A stretch of 64,000 nt of DNA from Pristiophorus japonicus (taxonomy: Eukaryota): the NCBI RefSeq assembly GCF_044704955.1, contig NC_091980.1, positions 13,330,001 through 13,394,000 of the forward strand. Direction: 5' to 3'. Positions 62,196 through 64,000 of this stretch are shown here, piece after piece (within the stretch, counting starts at the first letter, position 1; each line of letters begins with the position of its first letter). The notes below the pieces were generated by a model, which saw only the letters and a list, made by a program, of their open reading frames with translations, was not told the origin of the DNA and ran no database searches. The translations under genes and the position numbers were made by a program.

Positions 62196-63780
62196 ATTCT
62201 TTTATTCCTTCATGGGATGTGGGCATCGCTGGCAAGGCCAGCATTTATTGCCCATCCCTAATTGCCCTTGAGAAGGTGGTGGTGAACCACCTTCGTAAAA
62301 CTGCTACAGTCGCTGAAGGTACACACACAGTGCTGTTAGGGAGGTAGTTCAAGGACTTTGATACAGCGACAATGAAAGAATGATGATATATTTCCAAGTC
62401 AGGATAATGTGTAACTTGGACAGGAACTTGGAGCTTCTGGTGTTCTCATGCACTTGCTGCCCTTGTCCGTCTAGGTGGCAGAGGTCACGGGTTTGGGAGG
62501 TACTGCCGAAGAAGCTTTGTGGATGGTACACACTGCAGCCACGGTGTGCCAGTGATGGAGGGAGTAAATGTTTAATCATAGAATCGTAGAAATTTACAGA
62601 ATGGAACTAGACATTCGCTCCATTGTGTCAGTGCTTGCCGACAAAGAGCTATCCAGCCTAATCCCACTTTACAGCTCTTGGTCTGTAGCCTTGTAAGTTA
62701 CAGCACGTCAAGTGCATATCCAAGTACATTTTAAACGGGGTGAGGGTTTCTACCTCTACCACCCTTTCAGGTAGTGACCTCCAGACCCCTACCACCCTCT
62801 GGGTGAAAAGATTCCCCTCAAATCCCTTCTAAAGCGCATATCAATTACTTTAAATCTATGCCCCCTGGTTGTTGACCCCGCTGCTAAGGGAAATAGGTCC
62901 TTCCTATCCAGTCTATCTTGTCCCATCAAAATGTTATACACCCCACTAGGTCTCACTTCAGCCTCCTCTGTTCCAAAGCAAACAACCCCTATCTATCCAG
63001 TCTTTCCACATAGTTAAAATTCTCCAGTCAAGGCAACATCCTCGTAAATCTCCATTGTACCCTCTCGAGTGCAATCACATATTTCCTGTAATGTGGTGAC
63101 CAGAACTGCATGCAGTACTCTAGCTGTGGCCTAACTAGTGTTTTATACAGTTCAAGCATAACCTCCCTGCTCTTGTAGTCTATGCCTCGGTTAATAAAGG
63201 CAAGTATTCCGTATGCATTCTTGTCTATGGTGCCTGTCCTTGATTAAGCCGTGTCTTTCTAAATGTTTTCAGAATTTTTTCTAATAATTTTCCCATCACA
63301 GAGGGTAATCTGACTGGCTTGTAATTATTTGATTTATCCCTTTCTCCCTTTTTAGACAAGTGTACAATGTTAGCAATCCTCCAGTCCTCCAGTACTGCAC
63401 CTGTAACCAGAGAGGATTGTAAAGTGATGGACAGAGACTTTCCTAATTCCTCTCTTGATTCTCTTAACAGCCTGAGATACATTTGATCTGGGCCTGCGGA
63501 TTTATCCACTTTCAAAGATGCTAAGGGGGTGGATGGGGTAGCTTCCTGAGCGTTGTTGGAGCTGCAGTCATCTAGGCAAGTGGATAGTAGTCCATCACAC
63601 TCCCGACGTGTGGCTTGTAGATGGTGGAAAGGATGTGGGGAGTCAGGAGGTGAGACAATCGCCACAAAATACCCAGCATCTGACCTGCTCTTGTAGCCAT
63701 GGAATTTATGTGGCTGGTCCAGTTGAGTTTCTGGTCAATGGTGACACCCAGGACGTTGATGGTGGGGGATTTGATGATGG
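62196..63780 (-). mobile_element. LINE 3' portion (possibly RTEX-like; clade uncertain), interrupted by CR1
   Basis: Tail GGGATGTGGGCATCGCTGGCAAGGCCAGCATTTATTGCCCATCCCTAATTGCCC; decayed coding ending ...LPNSTV...HHHLLKGN; resumes at ~63530. Confidence 0.6.
62578..63525 (-). mobile_element. CR1 fragments, minus strand (3' end plus a piece of RT region)
   Basis: CATAGAATCGTAGAA tail; LEYCMQFWSP on the reverse strand; KSAGPD...DWRIANIVHL.KKG...NYKPV in the 63225-63665 ORF. Confidence 0.8.
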
Positions 63781-64000
63781 CAGCTAAACATTACAAGTTA
63801 CCAGAATATGATCCTGGTAATTAGTATTGAAGGACGCATGCCACAGGGTCTTATGAAGGCTTGAGTCAAGTCACATAAGGCTTCATATGTAAAGCAGTAA
63901 CATATATTTACCTTTTTAAATGGGATCCGAAGAAGTGGTCCTTATAAAATCTGCTAATGTTTGGCAGAGGGAAGGAAATTTCCAAAATAATACAGGAAAA

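Noticed and set aside
1-64000. CRISPR arrays, rRNA, operons or other prokaryotic systems
   Set aside because: Vertebrate genomic DNA; no regularly spaced short repeats or rRNA-like sequence seen.

Overview
Eukaryotic (vertebrate) DNA: a 64-kb piece of the variable region of a clustered protocadherin (cPcdh) locus. The repeat content (CR1, L2 and RTE-type LINEs, DeuSINE-like SINEs) suggests a cartilaginous fish, probably a shark (inference). Nine intact + strand variable exons (~2.45 kb; signal peptide, six cadherin repeats, TM, variable cytoplasmic domain) each end at a phase-0 AG|GTRAG donor. No constant exons are visible in the window. Exons 1-6 lie in recently duplicated ~7-8 kb units in which the whole spacer, including an ancient CR1 relic and SINEs, is paralogous; exons 7-9 are older and more divergent. 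Each exon has its own promoter-like block with rigid motif spacing and a degenerate CSE-like element. The most unusual observations are: (i) an out-of-frame upstream ATG exactly 16 nt before the start codon in all nine genes, forming an overlapping uORF; (ii) loss of the CGCT core in 8 of 9 CSE-like sites, with a 10-bp deletion of the CSE in gene 8 that keeps CCAAT phasing; (iii) retroposon markers in all four presence/absence combinations plus mosaic EC-domain segments, pointing to inter-paralog shuffling; (iv) a structured, RTE-tailed non-autonomous element with an 11-bp TSD. The core system (cPcdh) is well known, so any novelty would lie in these regulatory and evolutionary details.
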